Assembly: GCA_964464605.1 (NCBI GenBank)
Contig: CAYXJN010000001.1
Location: 1-64,000 of the forward strand
Direction of reading: 5' to 3'
Source: an uncultured Ignavibacteriales bacterium
Lineage (GTDB): Bacteria > Zixibacteria > MSB-5A5 > GN15 > FEB-12
DNA length: 64,000 nt
The position numbers and the translations under genes were made by a program. How positions within the stretch are numbered: position 1 is the stretch's first letter; each line of letters begins with the position of its first letter. Below, in pieces: positions 20,277-30,132 of this stretch. The notes under the pieces were generated by a model. That model had not been told where the DNA came from. It ran no database searches and saw only the letters and a program-made list of their open reading frames with translations.

Positions 20277-20795
20277 ATGATTGAACGTGTGAATGCCGTT
20301 CTGCATCGCGGAAAGCCGCTGACGCTTATCGGTCCGGTACTGAAAGCCGGTGATAAAGCGCCGGAGTTTCGCATGCATGACAAAACGTTCGATGATGTTC
20401 ATCTTGCCGATTCGGCCGGGCATGTTCGCTTTTATTCGGTCGTACCCGCCTTGGATACCAGCGTCTGCTCGATTCAAACCAGGAAATTCAACGAAAAGCT
20501 GGCCATTTTGGAAAACAAGGCGATGCTGTTTACTGTCTCAGCTGAACTTCCCTACAACCAAAAGCGGTATTGCACAGACAACAATATTACCACCATGCAG
20601 GCGCTTTCGGATCACTACGATATGTCATTCGGCAGCGCCTACGGCCTGCATATAAAAGAACGAAGATATCATGCCCGCGCAGTTATTGTAGTCGACAAAC
20701 AGGACCGGATATCCTATATCGAAGTAGTGCCGGATATCGTTATGGAACCGGATTACGACAAAGCGATCGCGGCATTAGAAAAGGCAATAGGATAA
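20277..20795 (+). CDS. tpx: Thiol peroxidase (Tpx-type peroxiredoxin)
   Basis: GKPLTLIG..LKAGDKAPEF, SVVPALDTSVCSIQTRKFN, ARAVIVVD, EPDYD. Confidence 0.9.
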   Translation: MIERVNAVLHRGKPLTLIGPVLKAGDKAPEFRMHDKTFDDVHLADSAGHVRFYSVVPALDTSVCSIQTRKFNEKLAILENKAMLFTVSAELPYNQKRYCTDNNITTMQALSDHYDMSFGSAYGLHIKERRYHARAVIVVDKQDRISYIEVVPDIVMEPDYDKAIAALEKAIG

Positions 20796-20799
20796 TGAT

Positions 20800-21357
20800 A
20801 TGATGACCCATCCCTGGCATGACGTTGAACCGGGTGAAAATATTGAAGAGTGTTTTTACGCCGTTATCGAAATTTTCAAAGGTTCGAAAAACAAATACGA
20901 GCTTGATAAAAAAACGGGGCTCTTAATGGCCGACCGGGTGCTGCACAGTTCGGTACATTATCCGGCCAATTACGGCTTCGTTCCGCAAAGCTACTGCGAC
21001 GACAAAGACCCGCTCGATGTGCTGGTTTTGTGTCAGGAACGGATCGTGCCGATGTGTATTGTCCGTTGCCGCGCAATCGGTATGATTACCATGAAGGATG
21101 AAAAAGGGCAGGATGATAAGATTATCGCCGTTCATGCCGACGATCCCGCTTACAACACCTACTATGACATTTCTGCCCTTCCTAAGCATGTCGTAACCGA
21201 GTTGCGCCGCTTCTTTGAAGATTACAAAACGCTTGAGCATAAAGAAGTAGTGGTCGATGAACTGCGCGGTCATTACGATGCCATTAAGACAATCAAAGAA
21301 GCATTGGCGTTGTATCAGCACATGAAATTCGATCTCAAACGGAAACCGGCAAAGTGA
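20800..21357 (+). CDS. ppa: Family I inorganic pyrophosphatase
   Basis: HPWHD, KYELDK, YPANYGFVP, DDKDPLDVLV, DDKIIAV, FFEDYK. Confidence 0.95.
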   Translation: MMTHPWHDVEPGENIEECFYAVIEIFKGSKNKYELDKKTGLLMADRVLHSSVHYPANYGFVPQSYCDDKDPLDVLVLCQERIVPMCIVRCRAIGMITMKDEKGQDDKIIAVHADDPAYNTYYDISALPKHVVTELRRFFEDYKTLEHKEVVVDELRGHYDAIKTIKEALALYQHMKFDLKRKPAK

Positions 21358-21914
21358 CAATGGCCGAAGTAAAACTTCCCAACACCGACCGTTCCTTAAT
21401 CGGCGCTAATATTTTTCTTAGGCCTATTACTGGTGATGATTTGCTTTCTATTTATGTTTGGGCACAGCAGGTCAATGCACATGAATTGAATCCGTTCCCG
21501 CAGCCGTATAGTTCATCATCTGATTTTGTCGAGACGAACAAAAAACCGAAACTGGCCAATGAAGCGATGCTTGCCATTATCCGCCGCAAAGATAATATGC
21601 TGGTCGGGCAAATTTCCTTTACCCATTACAACCCACTGAATCGTTCGGCAGAGCTATCGATTTTAATCGACCCTGATGTTCACCGGAAAAAATTCGCGAC
21701 CGAAGCGATGTCGGTTTTGCTGCGTCATCTGTTCAAGCAGCGCGGCTTAAACAAAGTTTATCTGCTGGTGAATGAAAGCAACCGGGGGATGAATGAATTT
21801 TTATCTCATTTCGGTTTTAAGCGAAACGCAACCCTTAAAGACCATTACTTTCTGAACGGAGAATTTCAGGAAGGATTCGTGTACGAACTCGCCGCCTTTC
21901 AGCTTGACCGCTGA
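21354..21914 (+). CDS. RimJ/RimL-type GNAT acetyltransferase
   Basis: IFLRPI, NRSAELSILID..HRKKFATEA, LNKVYLLV..SN, FGFKR. Confidence 0.75.
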   Translation: MTMAEVKLPNTDRSLIGANIFLRPITGDDLLSIYVWAQQVNAHELNPFPQPYSSSSDFVETNKKPKLANEAMLAIIRRKDNMLVGQISFTHYNPLNRSAELSILIDPDVHRKKFATEAMSVLLRHLFKQRGLNKVYLLVNESNRGMNEFLSHFGFKRNATLKDHYFLNGEFQEGFVYELAAFQLDR

Positions 21915-21918
21915 ACGC

Positions 21919-22572
21919 TCAACGACTGCTCATCCCTTCAAGTAACAACGTCAGGGTTTGTTCTTCCATCGCTCGGTGAGAAATCATCGTCGGCTGCTGT
22001 TTTGTGAGAGTCAGTTCTTTTGCTAACACAACAACCGAGTTGGCCAAAAGCGGTAAATGGAGATCGGTGCGCACTTCCCGTCGTACTTGGCCATCGTGAA
22101 GAACGTCGGCAACATACCCCTGCAAAATCATCTCTACTTTGATTCCTTCCACCTGCACGCGGGAATGAACCAAGGCGGAAGTCACAAACCAGAAAAACCG
22201 CCATTCATCCGGATGTGTCCGCGCCAGCTCAATAAGTGCACGCAAGGCATAGCGCAGTCGGTCTTTGGTCCTTCCCCCGTTATCATGCGTTGTCACCGCT
22301 TTCACTAACTGGCTGAATTCATGCTCGAATACCAAAATAGTCAGTTCAAGCAGATGTGTTTTGGTAGGAAAGTATTGAAAGAATGACCCTTTGGATAATC
22401 CGGCTTCACGACAAAATCGATCGACCGCCAAACCGTCATAGCCGTACTCGCCAAACAATTTTAAAGCCGTGCGGTAAATTCGCTCTTTTTTATCGACATT
22501 CAGCCGGCGGAAGGTGTCGGAAATGACCTTTCGCTTAACCAGCGAAAGAATAAGGTTTTCATCAAGCGCCAT
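21919..22572 (-). CDS. TetR/AcrR-family transcriptional regulator
   Basis: HTH: ALKLFGEYGYDG..VDRFCREAGLSKGSFFQYFPTK. Confidence 0.88.
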   Translation of the reverse strand: MALDENLILSLVKRKVISDTFRRLNVDKKERIYRTALKLFGEYGYDGLAVDRFCREAGLSKGSFFQYFPTKTHLLELTILVFEHEFSQLVKAVTTHDNGGRTKDRLRYALRALIELARTHPDEWRFFWFVTSALVHSRVQVEGIKVEMILQGYVADVLHDGQVRREVRTDLHLPLLANSVVVLAKELTLTKQQPTMISHRAMEEQTLTLLLEGMSSR

Positions 22573-22590
22573 AGCAGGTTATACGAATGT

Positions 22591-22608
22591 AATGACCAAA
22601 CGGTCATT
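22591..22608. promoter_or_regulatory. Palindromic operator candidate in the tetR promoter
   Basis: AATGACC-AAAC-GGTCATT lies between minus-strand TTGCAC and TACATT hexamers. Confidence 0.6.
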
Positions 22609-22737
22609 TGTGCAATACTAATAGTCTAAATTTTTCATCTTTTTCTGAATCCGGTTGACCGGAATACCGTTTATTAGGTATATATCGCGCCGGTCGGAGG
22701 GCCTCACTCCGGCAACAATTAGGAAAGGAATCATATC

Positions 22738-23922
22738 ATGGGAAAAGTTAGAGTCGCTATCATCGGTGTCGGCAATTGCGCCTCATCACTGGTGCAGGGC
22801 GTCGAGTTTTACAAGAACGCCAAAGATACCGATCAGGTACCGGGATTGATGCACGTCAATCTGGGCGGCTACCATATTCGGGATATCGAATTCTCGGCGG
22901 CAATCGATATCGACAAGAACAAGGTCGGTAAAGATATCTCCGAAGCTATTTTCACCAAGCCGAACAACACGTATCAGTTCAGCAAAGTGCCGAAATCCGG
23001 CGTTAAGGTTCAACGCGGTATGACCCACGACGGTTTGGGTTACTATCTCTCACAGGTTATCGAAAAAGCTCCCGGCGACACGGTCAATATCGTGAAGCTG
23101 TTGAAAGATACCGGCACCGATGTCGTTATCAACTATCTGCCGGTCGGTTCGGAAGAAGCGACCAAGTGGTATGTCGAACAGGTTTTAGAAGCCGGTTGCG
23201 GTTTCGTGAACTGTATTCCGGTATTCATTGCCAAGGAAGCCTACTGGCGCAAACGGTTTCAGGAAAAAGGTCTCCCGATTATCGGCGATGATATCAAATC
23301 CCAGGTCGGTGCGACAATCGTCCATCGTATTTTGACCCGCTTGTTCCTTGAGCGCGGTGTCCGCTTAGAGCGCACCAGCCAGTTGAACGTGGGTGGTAAT
23401 ACCGACTTTTTGAACATGCTGGAACGTTCCCGTTTAGAGTCCAAGAAGATTTCCAAAACCAATTCCGTTACCAGCCAGTTAAACTATGAACTCGCTCCGG
23501 GCGCCGTGCATATCGGTCCGTCCGACTATGTCGAATGGCTTTCCGACCGGAAATGGGCGTATATCCGCATGGAAGGTACGACCTTCGGTAACGTTCCGCT
23601 CAATATGGAACTGAAACTGGAAGTTTGGGACAGTCCGAACTCAGCCGGTGTCGTTATTGACGCCGTTCGCTGCTGCAAACTGGCGCTTGATAACAAAATT
23701 TCCGGCGCTTTGATGGGTCCCTCAGCGTATTTCAAAAAATCCCCGCCGGTGCAGTACACCGACGTGGAAGCTCAGCGCATGACGGAAGAATTTATTTCTC
23801 AGTACGGCTGGAAGCAAAGCGGCAAAACCGGTCAGCCGGTTCGTGCGGCGGCAAAAGGTCGCACGACCGTTCGCCCGGTTGAAGCTGCTTCGACCAAGCG
23901 GATCGTGAAGAAGAAGAAATAA
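22738..23922 (+). CDS. ino1: myo-inositol-1-phosphate synthase (Actinobacteria-type)
   Basis: [56 protein letters not shown]. Confidence 0.95.
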   Translation: MGKVRVAIIGVGNCASSLVQGVEFYKNAKDTDQVPGLMHVNLGGYHIRDIEFSAAIDIDKNKVGKDISEAIFTKPNNTYQFSKVPKSGVKVQRGMTHDGLGYYLSQVIEKAPGDTVNIVKLLKDTGTDVVINYLPVGSEEATKWYVEQVLEAGCGFVNCIPVFIAKEAYWRKRFQEKGLPIIGDDIKSQVGATIVHRILTRLFLERGVRLERTSQLNVGGNTDFLNMLERSRLESKKISKTNSVTSQLNYELAPGAVHIGPSDYVEWLSDRKWAYIRMEGTTFGNVPLNMELKLEVWDSPNSAGVVIDAVRCCKLALDNKISGALMGPSAYFKKSPPVQYTDVEAQRMTEEFISQYGWKQSGKTGQPVRAAAKGRTTVRPVEAASTKRIVKKKK

Positions 23923-23952
23923 GTTTCTGCCTTCCTATTGATTGAATACCTT

Positions 23953-23980
23953 ACCGGCGGTTTACAAACCGCCGGTTTTT
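23953..23980 (+). terminator. Rho-independent terminator after ino1
   Basis: ACCGGCGGTTT-AC-AAACCGCCGGT followed by TTTT. Confidence 0.75.
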
Positions 23981-24002
23981 ATTTGTATAACAGAAGCAGA
24001 CC

Positions 24003-24650
24003 ATGACAAAACGGAAAGCGGATACGCGCAAAGGATTGCTGATTACCTTCGAGGGGATCGACGGTTCCGGCAAATCAACCCAGGCCAAACTGGCGTTGGA
24101 ATATCTGCGCAAGAAAACAAAGCGCAAAGTCGTAATGCTTCGTGAACCGGGTTCGACTTCGGTTTCCGAAGCGATTCGCTCGATTCTTTTGGACAAGCGC
24201 AACAAAGTCGGTGATTTAACGGAACTGCTGTTGTACGAATCCGCTCGGGCGCAATTAGTCACCCAACAGCTTCGCCCTTTGCTTGAGCAAGGAGCGATTG
24301 TAGTGTGTGACCGCTTTTTTGACAGCACGACGGCGTATCAGGGATACGGCCGCGGGTTAGACAGAAAATTGATTCAGTCGCTTAATCTGGCCGCTACCGG
24401 AAACATCGTCCCGCATCTGACTCTGGTGTATGATCTTCCCTTATCAGTCGCGTTGACACGCCGCGGCCCAAAAGCAGATCGACTGGAATCGGAGAAAGCC
24501 GCGTTCCACAAACGGGTGCGAGAAGGGTTTTTGAAAATCGCCAAACAGGAACCGCGCCGGGTAAAAGTAATCGATTCAACCGGTTCACTCGAAGATAACT
24601 TTACGATCACCAAGAAATATCTCGACTCCCTGCTCAAGCGACATGAATAA
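24003..24650 (+). CDS. tmk: Thymidylate kinase
   Basis: FEGIDGSGKSTQ, REPG, CDRFFDSTTAYQGYGRG, DRLE. Confidence 0.95.
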   Translation: MTKRKADTRKGLLITFEGIDGSGKSTQAKLALEYLRKKTKRKVVMLREPGSTSVSEAIRSILLDKRNKVGDLTELLLYESARAQLVTQQLRPLLEQGAIVVCDRFFDSTTAYQGYGRGLDRKLIQSLNLAATGNIVPHLTLVYDLPLSVALTRRGPKADRLESEKAAFHKRVREGFLKIAKQEPRRVKVIDSTGSLEDNFTITKKYLDSLLKRHE

Positions 24651-26223
24651 ACAGGATCGCATCCAGTTTTTAGTAAGTGGATTGCTGGTAACGATCATGA
24701 CCGTTATTTCCGGCGGGATGGCAGTGTATGTCTATTCCGACCCGGCGATACCATCGGCGATACAATTCGCGCAAACGGCAGAGTTGCTCGCCGAAATCTA
24801 TCCGGACCAATCCCTGCTTGACCGTGCGGCTGAAAATGCACGGAATGCTATCTTCGACGAACTCGACCGCTATTCCTCCTATGTTCCTAAACGAGGGTTT
24901 GAGCATTTCAAGGAGGAGCGTGAAGGACAATATGTAGGAATTGGGGTCAGCGTTTCACCGTATCACGGTGGACTATTAGTCGCGGATGTCAAACAGTATG
25001 GCCCGGCGGATTCGGCTGGTGTTTTGGCCGGTGATGTTATTCTGGGTACGGATTCAGTTCGTTTTGCGGACTATACCGGCGACCCGACTTTATTCCTCCG
25101 TGGCGAAGCAAACACTAAAGTAAACGTCATCGTTTATCGTTCAGCTGATGATGACACGCTTACTATTCCGATCATTCGCAATGCAGTTCCCCTTTCCAGC
25201 GTACCGTTTGCCGGAAGAACCCCGAACAATATGCTGTATGTTCGCTTGGTTAATTTCGATGCCGGTGTCAGCGATGAACTGGAAACCGCGATCGATTCCG
25301 TGCTTAATGATGAAAAATCGACCGAGAAACCTTCCGGAATAATTTTTGACTTACGCGGCAATCCGGGGGGAATGTTTTATGAAGCACGTCGCACCGCTTC
25401 ATTGTTTTTACCGAACGATACGTTTTTAGTCGGCACCAAAGGGAGATCGATCTGGAATGATGAGCAGTTTCATGCCAGCGGCTATGATATTACCGACGGG
25501 CTGCCGATGGTTGTCCTTTGCGACGGTAACTCCGCCTCAGCTGCGGAAATCGTCGCCGGTGCGTTACAAAAAGCGAAACGGGCGGTGTTAGTTGGGGATA
25601 CAACATTCGGCAAAGGATTGGTGCAGGGATACACGCAGTTTCCGGAAGGGGATGGTATCCGGCTGACTATTTCCCGTTACTATTTCTCGGACGGCCAATA
25701 TCTGAACCAGCTCGATTCCGTATTACACGACGAAGGAACCGGGCTGACGCCGGATTATTACATAACGGATAATCACCCGCTCGTGAATCTTTTGGATAAC
25801 CATTATATCCTATTGTTATTCGCGGCAAAACATCAGGAAGAATTGATTAACCCGTCACGGACAGAAAAAGATGATTCATTATTGTTAATCCAGCTTCAGA
25901 CTTTCGCCGAAAAAAAGGGAATTCGTTATCAGTCCGATGTAACCGATGCGATCAATCTCTTGAGTCTGGTCTGGCAGGAACATCATTCGGGACAAAGGCT
26001 GCCCGCCTCACTTGAAAAACTGGTCGATATGGGACAGGTGCGGGATATCGACGAATATCAGCATCAATCACAAGCCTTGCTCCGTTTGCTGAAACAATAC
26101 GCCGTGAATCGGAAACAACATGAATACGAAGCGTATAAGCAGGTAATTGTGAACGAAGACCCACTTGTTATCTACGCCGAATCGGTACTGAAAAACATGC
26201 CGTCGAAAGCACCGCGCCCATGA
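24643..26223 (+). CDS. S41-family C-terminal processing protease (CtpA/Prc-like) with PDZ domain
   Basis: GIGV (PDZ), DLRGNPGG, SASAAEIVAGALQ, TFGKGLVQ, GLTPD. Confidence 0.88.
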   Translation: MNKQDRIQFLVSGLLVTIMTVISGGMAVYVYSDPAIPSAIQFAQTAELLAEIYPDQSLLDRAAENARNAIFDELDRYSSYVPKRGFEHFKEEREGQYVGIGVSVSPYHGGLLVADVKQYGPADSAGVLAGDVILGTDSVRFADYTGDPTLFLRGEANTKVNVIVYRSADDDTLTIPIIRNAVPLSSVPFAGRTPNNMLYVRLVNFDAGVSDELETAIDSVLNDEKSTEKPSGIIFDLRGNPGGMFYEARRTASLFLPNDTFLVGTKGRSIWNDEQFHASGYDITDGLPMVVLCDGNSASAAEIVAGALQKAKRAVLVGDTTFGKGLVQGYTQFPEGDGIRLTISRYYFSDGQYLNQLDSVLHDEGTGLTPDYYITDNHPLVNLLDNHYILLLFAAKHQEELINPSRTEKDDSLLLIQLQTFAEKKGIRYQSDVTDAINLLSLVWQEHHSGQRLPASLEKLVDMGQVRDIDEYQHQSQALLRLLKQYAVNRKQHEYEAYKQVIVNEDPLVIYAESVLKNMPSKAPRP

Positions 26224-26909
26224 CCGGTAAACCAACCTGCGCCATATTCTGCGATTTCGACGGGACAATTTCCCGCCGGGATGTCGGCTACAATATGTTC
26301 CGGCATTTTTCTGGCGGCGCAAATGCAAAATTCATCCCTGCCTGGAAATCCGGTTCAATGTCCAGCCGGGAAATACTCACCGAAGAGGCTGCATTGGTAA
26401 CCGGAACGCAGGACGAAATTTTATCCTTCGTGATGGAATTTCAAATCGACCCGACTTTTTCGGAGTTTGCGAAAACATGCGAACAGCAAGAGATACCGCT
26501 ACAGATTCTTTCGGACGGTCTGGAAACCTATATCACCCCCATTCTCAAGCGGGAAAAGCTGGACCATCTTCCCGTCACCGCAAACCGGGGTGTATTCACC
26601 AAAACCGGTATCGCGGTCGAGTTTCCACACGCTAACAGCTCCTGTACCCGGTGCGGCTCCTGCAAAGCGGAACGGATTCGGGAATTTCGGACAAAAAGAG
26701 GTGACAATGCGACGGTAGTGTTTGTCGGGGATGGAATGTCCGATCTGTGCGCCACCAAGGAGGCTGATTTGCTGTTCGCCAAAAAAGACCTTGAGGTCTA
26801 TTGCCAGCGAAACGATATTGCCTACCTGCAATTCACCGATTTCAGCGATGTAATGAAAGCGCTGGTATCACGTGGATTGGTAAACAACGCAAAAAGTATC
26901 GAGAAGTAA
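26220..26909 (+). CDS. MtnX-like HAD-IB phosphatase
   Basis: FCDFDGTI, LSDG, CGSCK, VGDGMSD, LFAK. Confidence 0.8.
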   Translation: MTGKPTCAIFCDFDGTISRRDVGYNMFRHFSGGANAKFIPAWKSGSMSSREILTEEAALVTGTQDEILSFVMEFQIDPTFSEFAKTCEQQEIPLQILSDGLETYITPILKREKLDHLPVTANRGVFTKTGIAVEFPHANSSCTRCGSCKAERIREFRTKRGDNATVVFVGDGMSDLCATKEADLLFAKKDLEVYCQRNDIAYLQFTDFSDVMKALVSRGLVNNAKSIEK

Positions 26910-26916
26910 GAGGAAC

Positions 26917-29418
26917 ATGAAAGCGATCATCATGGCCGGTGGGTTCGGAACGCGACTGCGCCCGTTAACCATCAATGTTCCGAAACCGATGTCCCCAATC
27001 GGCAATCTGCCCATGATGGAACATGTGGTCTCTCTCTTGTCGCGGCATGGTATTACCGATATCACTGCCCTTTTGTATTTCCAGCCGGATAGCATTAAAA
27101 ATTATTTCGGTGACGGCTCTCAATTCGGCGTACAGCTTTCGTATGCGCAGCCGGATCAGGATTACGGAACTGCCGGAGCGGTGCGTTTCGCTCTTGAATC
27201 GGTTCGTGAACCGATTTTGATTATCTCCGGCGACCTGGTTACCGACTTCAATCTCAGCGAAGCAATGGAATGGCATAAGCAGCGCAACTCGGAAGCGACT
27301 CTGCTTTTGACGCACATGGAAAACCCGCTGCCGTATGGTATCGTTATTACCGATGGTGAAGGACGTATCTCCCGCTTTTTGGAAAAACCATCCTGGGGGG
27401 AGGCGTTCTCCGACACGATCAACACCGGCATTTATCTGCTTGAACCCTCCGCCATCAATCTTATTCCACCAAAAACGAATTTTGATTTTTCGCAGAACCT
27501 TTTCCCGCTCATGCTTGCCCGAAAAATGGGATTGTACGGTAAAATCATGGATGGGTATTGGAAAGATGTCGGCAATATCGAAGAATACCGCCGCGCCCAT
27601 ATCGATCTGTTTGAAAGCAACATCCAACTCGATCTCAAATGCCGTGTCGAAAATCTCCCGACCGGGGAATTGCTTCGCGCGGAAAATGCGGAAATTGGCG
27701 AGAATGTCACTATCTCCGGCCGCGTGATTGTCGGATGGAATGCGAATATCGAAAGCAATGTCAAACTCAGCAACTGTGTCATTGGCAACGGTACACGTGT
27801 GGAAGCCGGATGCGAACTGACCAATTCCGTCATCTGGCAGAACGGCGTGATCGGCAAGGATAGCCGGATGCTTGGCGCGGTGATTTGCAACAACGTTCGC
27901 TTGGGTAACAATGTACAGTTGAATGATAATGTTATTATTTCGGATGACTGCTTAGTCGGCGATGCCGTCACGGTCCGCGCCAACTGCAAAATCTGGCCGG
28001 GGAAAAAAATTGATCCGGGCTCTATTGTTTCCAGTTCAATGGTCTGGGGGGAAAAATGGAACCGGGAGTTGTTCACTTATTCAAAGATTACCGGACTCGG
28101 TTTAACTGAAATCACACCGGAAATGGCGGTAAAAGTCGGCGCGGCATTTGGCGCATCGTTTGGCCATGGTATCGCAGTGCTGACCAGCAGAGATGCATCT
28201 GATACCTCCCGCCTGCTCAAACGTGCTCTGGTGTCCGGATTATTGGCATCGGGCGTAAACGTTTCCGACCTTGAAAATATGCCGATTCCGGTTATGCGAT
28301 ATGGACTGCGTCATGGTGATTTCGCCGCCGGTATTTATATCCGCCACAATCCGGATGATTTCCGCGAGATCGATATTATTTTCTTCGACGGTTCTGGTGT
28401 CGACATGCCGACCTCAAAACTGAAAAAAGTTGAACGACTTTATTTCAGTGAAGATTTCGAACGCTCTTCGCTTGATACAATCGGCCATCTCGATATGCCA
28501 CGCCGTCCGCTTGAAGAATACCGTATCGACTTTTTGAAAGCGATTAACGCCGATGTTATCCGTAAACGCGGGTTCAAAGTCGTGGTCGACCATTCGAATG
28601 GATCATCATCCGAAATCTTTCCGACTGTTTATTCACGACTTGGCATTGAAGCGATTCAGTTGAATGCCTCACTTGATCCACGCAAGTTTTCTTCCTCGCC
28701 GGAAGAACAGGCGCTGGCGATTCGCCAGTTGTCGGCAATTGTGACTTCCCTCAAAGGAGATATCGGACTCCTGTTCAACTCCGCAGCAGAAAAACTGACA
28801 GTTGTTGATGAACGGGGCAACCCGGTCGATTCACAGACGCTTTTGTTAGTCATGCTCGAACTCTATTTGAAAACCAACGCGGTGCGAAAAATCGCTGTTA
28901 CCGTTGATGCCTCGATGGGTGTCGAGGAAATCGCCGCCCGATACAATGTCGAAGTCGTGCGGGTAGCCAATGACCACTTGGCCATGATGGAGATTAACCG
29001 GCGTGGTGAAGTCGATTTTGTCGGCGGTACGCGAGGCGGATTTATTATGCCGGGATTCCAGATGGGCGCCGACGCGATGTTAGCCGGAGTCAAATTGCTT
29101 GAACTGCTCGCTATGACCGGAATGGGGATCGGCGAGGTTGCGGATAAGTATTCGCATTTAGTGCGTCAGATGGTCTCTGTTCCCTGCCCCTGGTCGAAAA
29201 AAGGAACGGTTATGCGCAAGTTGATAACCGGAACTGAAAACAAGCAGCGTCAGTTAATCGACGGCGTTCGTGTGTTCGAAAACGACGGATGGGTGCTGGT
29301 AATACCGGATTTGCGGACAGCGGCATTCAAAGTGTTGGCGGAATCAAAATCGGCGGAACATACTGAAGAACTTATTGATCGTTATCGCACCCAGGTTGAA
29401 GAATTCCAGTTAGGGTGA
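26917..29418 (+). CDS. Mannose-1-phosphate guanylyltransferase fused to an LbH domain and a phosphomannomutase-like domain
   Basis: MAGGFGTRLRPLT..PKPM, GTAG, FLEKP, YWKDVG; hexapeptide repeats; PGM/PMM-like C-terminal half. Confidence 0.88.
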   Translation: MKAIIMAGGFGTRLRPLTINVPKPMSPIGNLPMMEHVVSLLSRHGITDITALLYFQPDSIKNYFGDGSQFGVQLSYAQPDQDYGTAGAVRFALESVREPILIISGDLVTDFNLSEAMEWHKQRNSEATLLLTHMENPLPYGIVITDGEGRISRFLEKPSWGEAFSDTINTGIYLLEPSAINLIPPKTNFDFSQNLFPLMLARKMGLYGKIMDGYWKDVGNIEEYRRAHIDLFESNIQLDLKCRVENLPTGELLRAENAEIGENVTISGRVIVGWNANIESNVKLSNCVIGNGTRVEAGCELTNSVIWQNGVIGKDSRMLGAVICNNVRLGNNVQLNDNVIISDDCLVGDAVTVRANCKIWPGKKIDPGSIVSSSMVWGEKWNRELFTYSKITGLGLTEITPEMAVKVGAAFGASFGHGIAVLTSRDASDTSRLLKRALVSGLLASGVNVSDLENMPIPVMRYGLRHGDFAAGIYIRHNPDDFREIDIIFFDGSGVDMPTSKLKKVERLYFSEDFERSSLDTIGHLDMPRRPLEEYRIDFLKAINADVIRKRGFKVVVDHSNGSSSEIFPTVYSRLGIEAIQLNASLDPRKFSSSPEEQALAIRQLSAIVTSLKGDIGLLFNSAAEKLTVVDERGNPVDSQTLLLVMLELYLKTNAVRKIAVTVDASMGVEEIAARYNVEVVRVANDHLAMMEINRRGEVDFVGGTRGGFIMPGFQMGADAMLAGVKLLELLAMTGMGIGEVADKYSHLVRQMVSVPCPWSKKGTVMRKLITGTENKQRQLIDGVRVFENDGWVLVIPDLRTAAFKVLAESKSAEHTEELIDRYRTQVEEFQLG

Positions 29419-29436
29419 CGCTGTCACCTTTATCTT

Positions 29437-30132
29437 TTACTTCAGTTTATCTTTTTGCGCTTGCTCGTAATCATCAGGGCGGCCGATATCGAGCCAATAC
29501 CCTTCGAACGGATAGGTCTGAATCGGAATCCGTTGTTTAAGACAGGCAAATACTAAATCGTCAAATCCAAATCGCTGCTGTTTTGGGATGAGTGATAGAA
29601 GCGAGCGATTGAACACATACATCCCGCTTGAAACAACGAATGAAAACTCCGGCTTTTCGGTAAAGTTGGTGACCCTTCCCTGCGCATCCGTTTCAAACAC
29701 ACCGTAATCCATTTTGTGAGAACGTTTGCAGGTCACTACGGTCAATTGAGCTTTATTTTTTATGTGCGTGTCATAGACACTGCGAAAATCAAGGTCTGTT
29801 ATAATATCTCCATTCACCGCCAGAAAATTCTCCGGAAGATTGCTGATAAGCGACAACGGACCGATAGTTGAAAGCGGTTCCGATTCCTGCGAATACTGGA
29901 TTGATAATCCAAATCGTTCACCGTTTCCTAATTGCGCTTTGAGTTGATCGGCAAAATGATGCACCGCTAAATGAACAGTTGATACGCCGGACTGTTTGAG
30001 ACGAGTCAGCAATAACTCAATTACCGGTTTGCCGCCGACCGGTACCAACGGTTTGGGGAGTTCATTGGTAAGTGGCTGCAGCCTGCTTCCCACGCCGCCC
30101 GCTAATACTACCGCGACCATCGGTTCAGGCAT
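29437..30132 (-). CDS. Sugar-1-phosphate nucleotidyltransferase
   Basis: LAGGVGSRLQPLT..PKPL, NGDI, FTEKP, YWLDIGRPDDY; start set at ATG 30132, overlapping the upstream stop. Confidence 0.88.
   Translation of the reverse strand: MPEPMVAVVLAGGVGSRLQPLTNELPKPLVPVGGKPVIELLLTRLKQSGVSTVHLAVHHFADQLKAQLGNGERFGLSIQYSQESEPLSTIGPLSLISNLPENFLAVNGDIITDLDFRSVYDTHIKNKAQLTVVTCKRSHKMDYGVFETDAQGRVTNFTEKPEFSFVVSSGMYVFNRSLLSLIPKQQRFGFDDLVFACLKQRIPIQTYPFEGYWLDIGRPDDYEQAQKDKLK

Noticed and set aside
26965..28076. Two ORFs over 200 aa on the minus strand
   Set aside because: Antisense to the well-supported guanylyltransferase; no recognisable features
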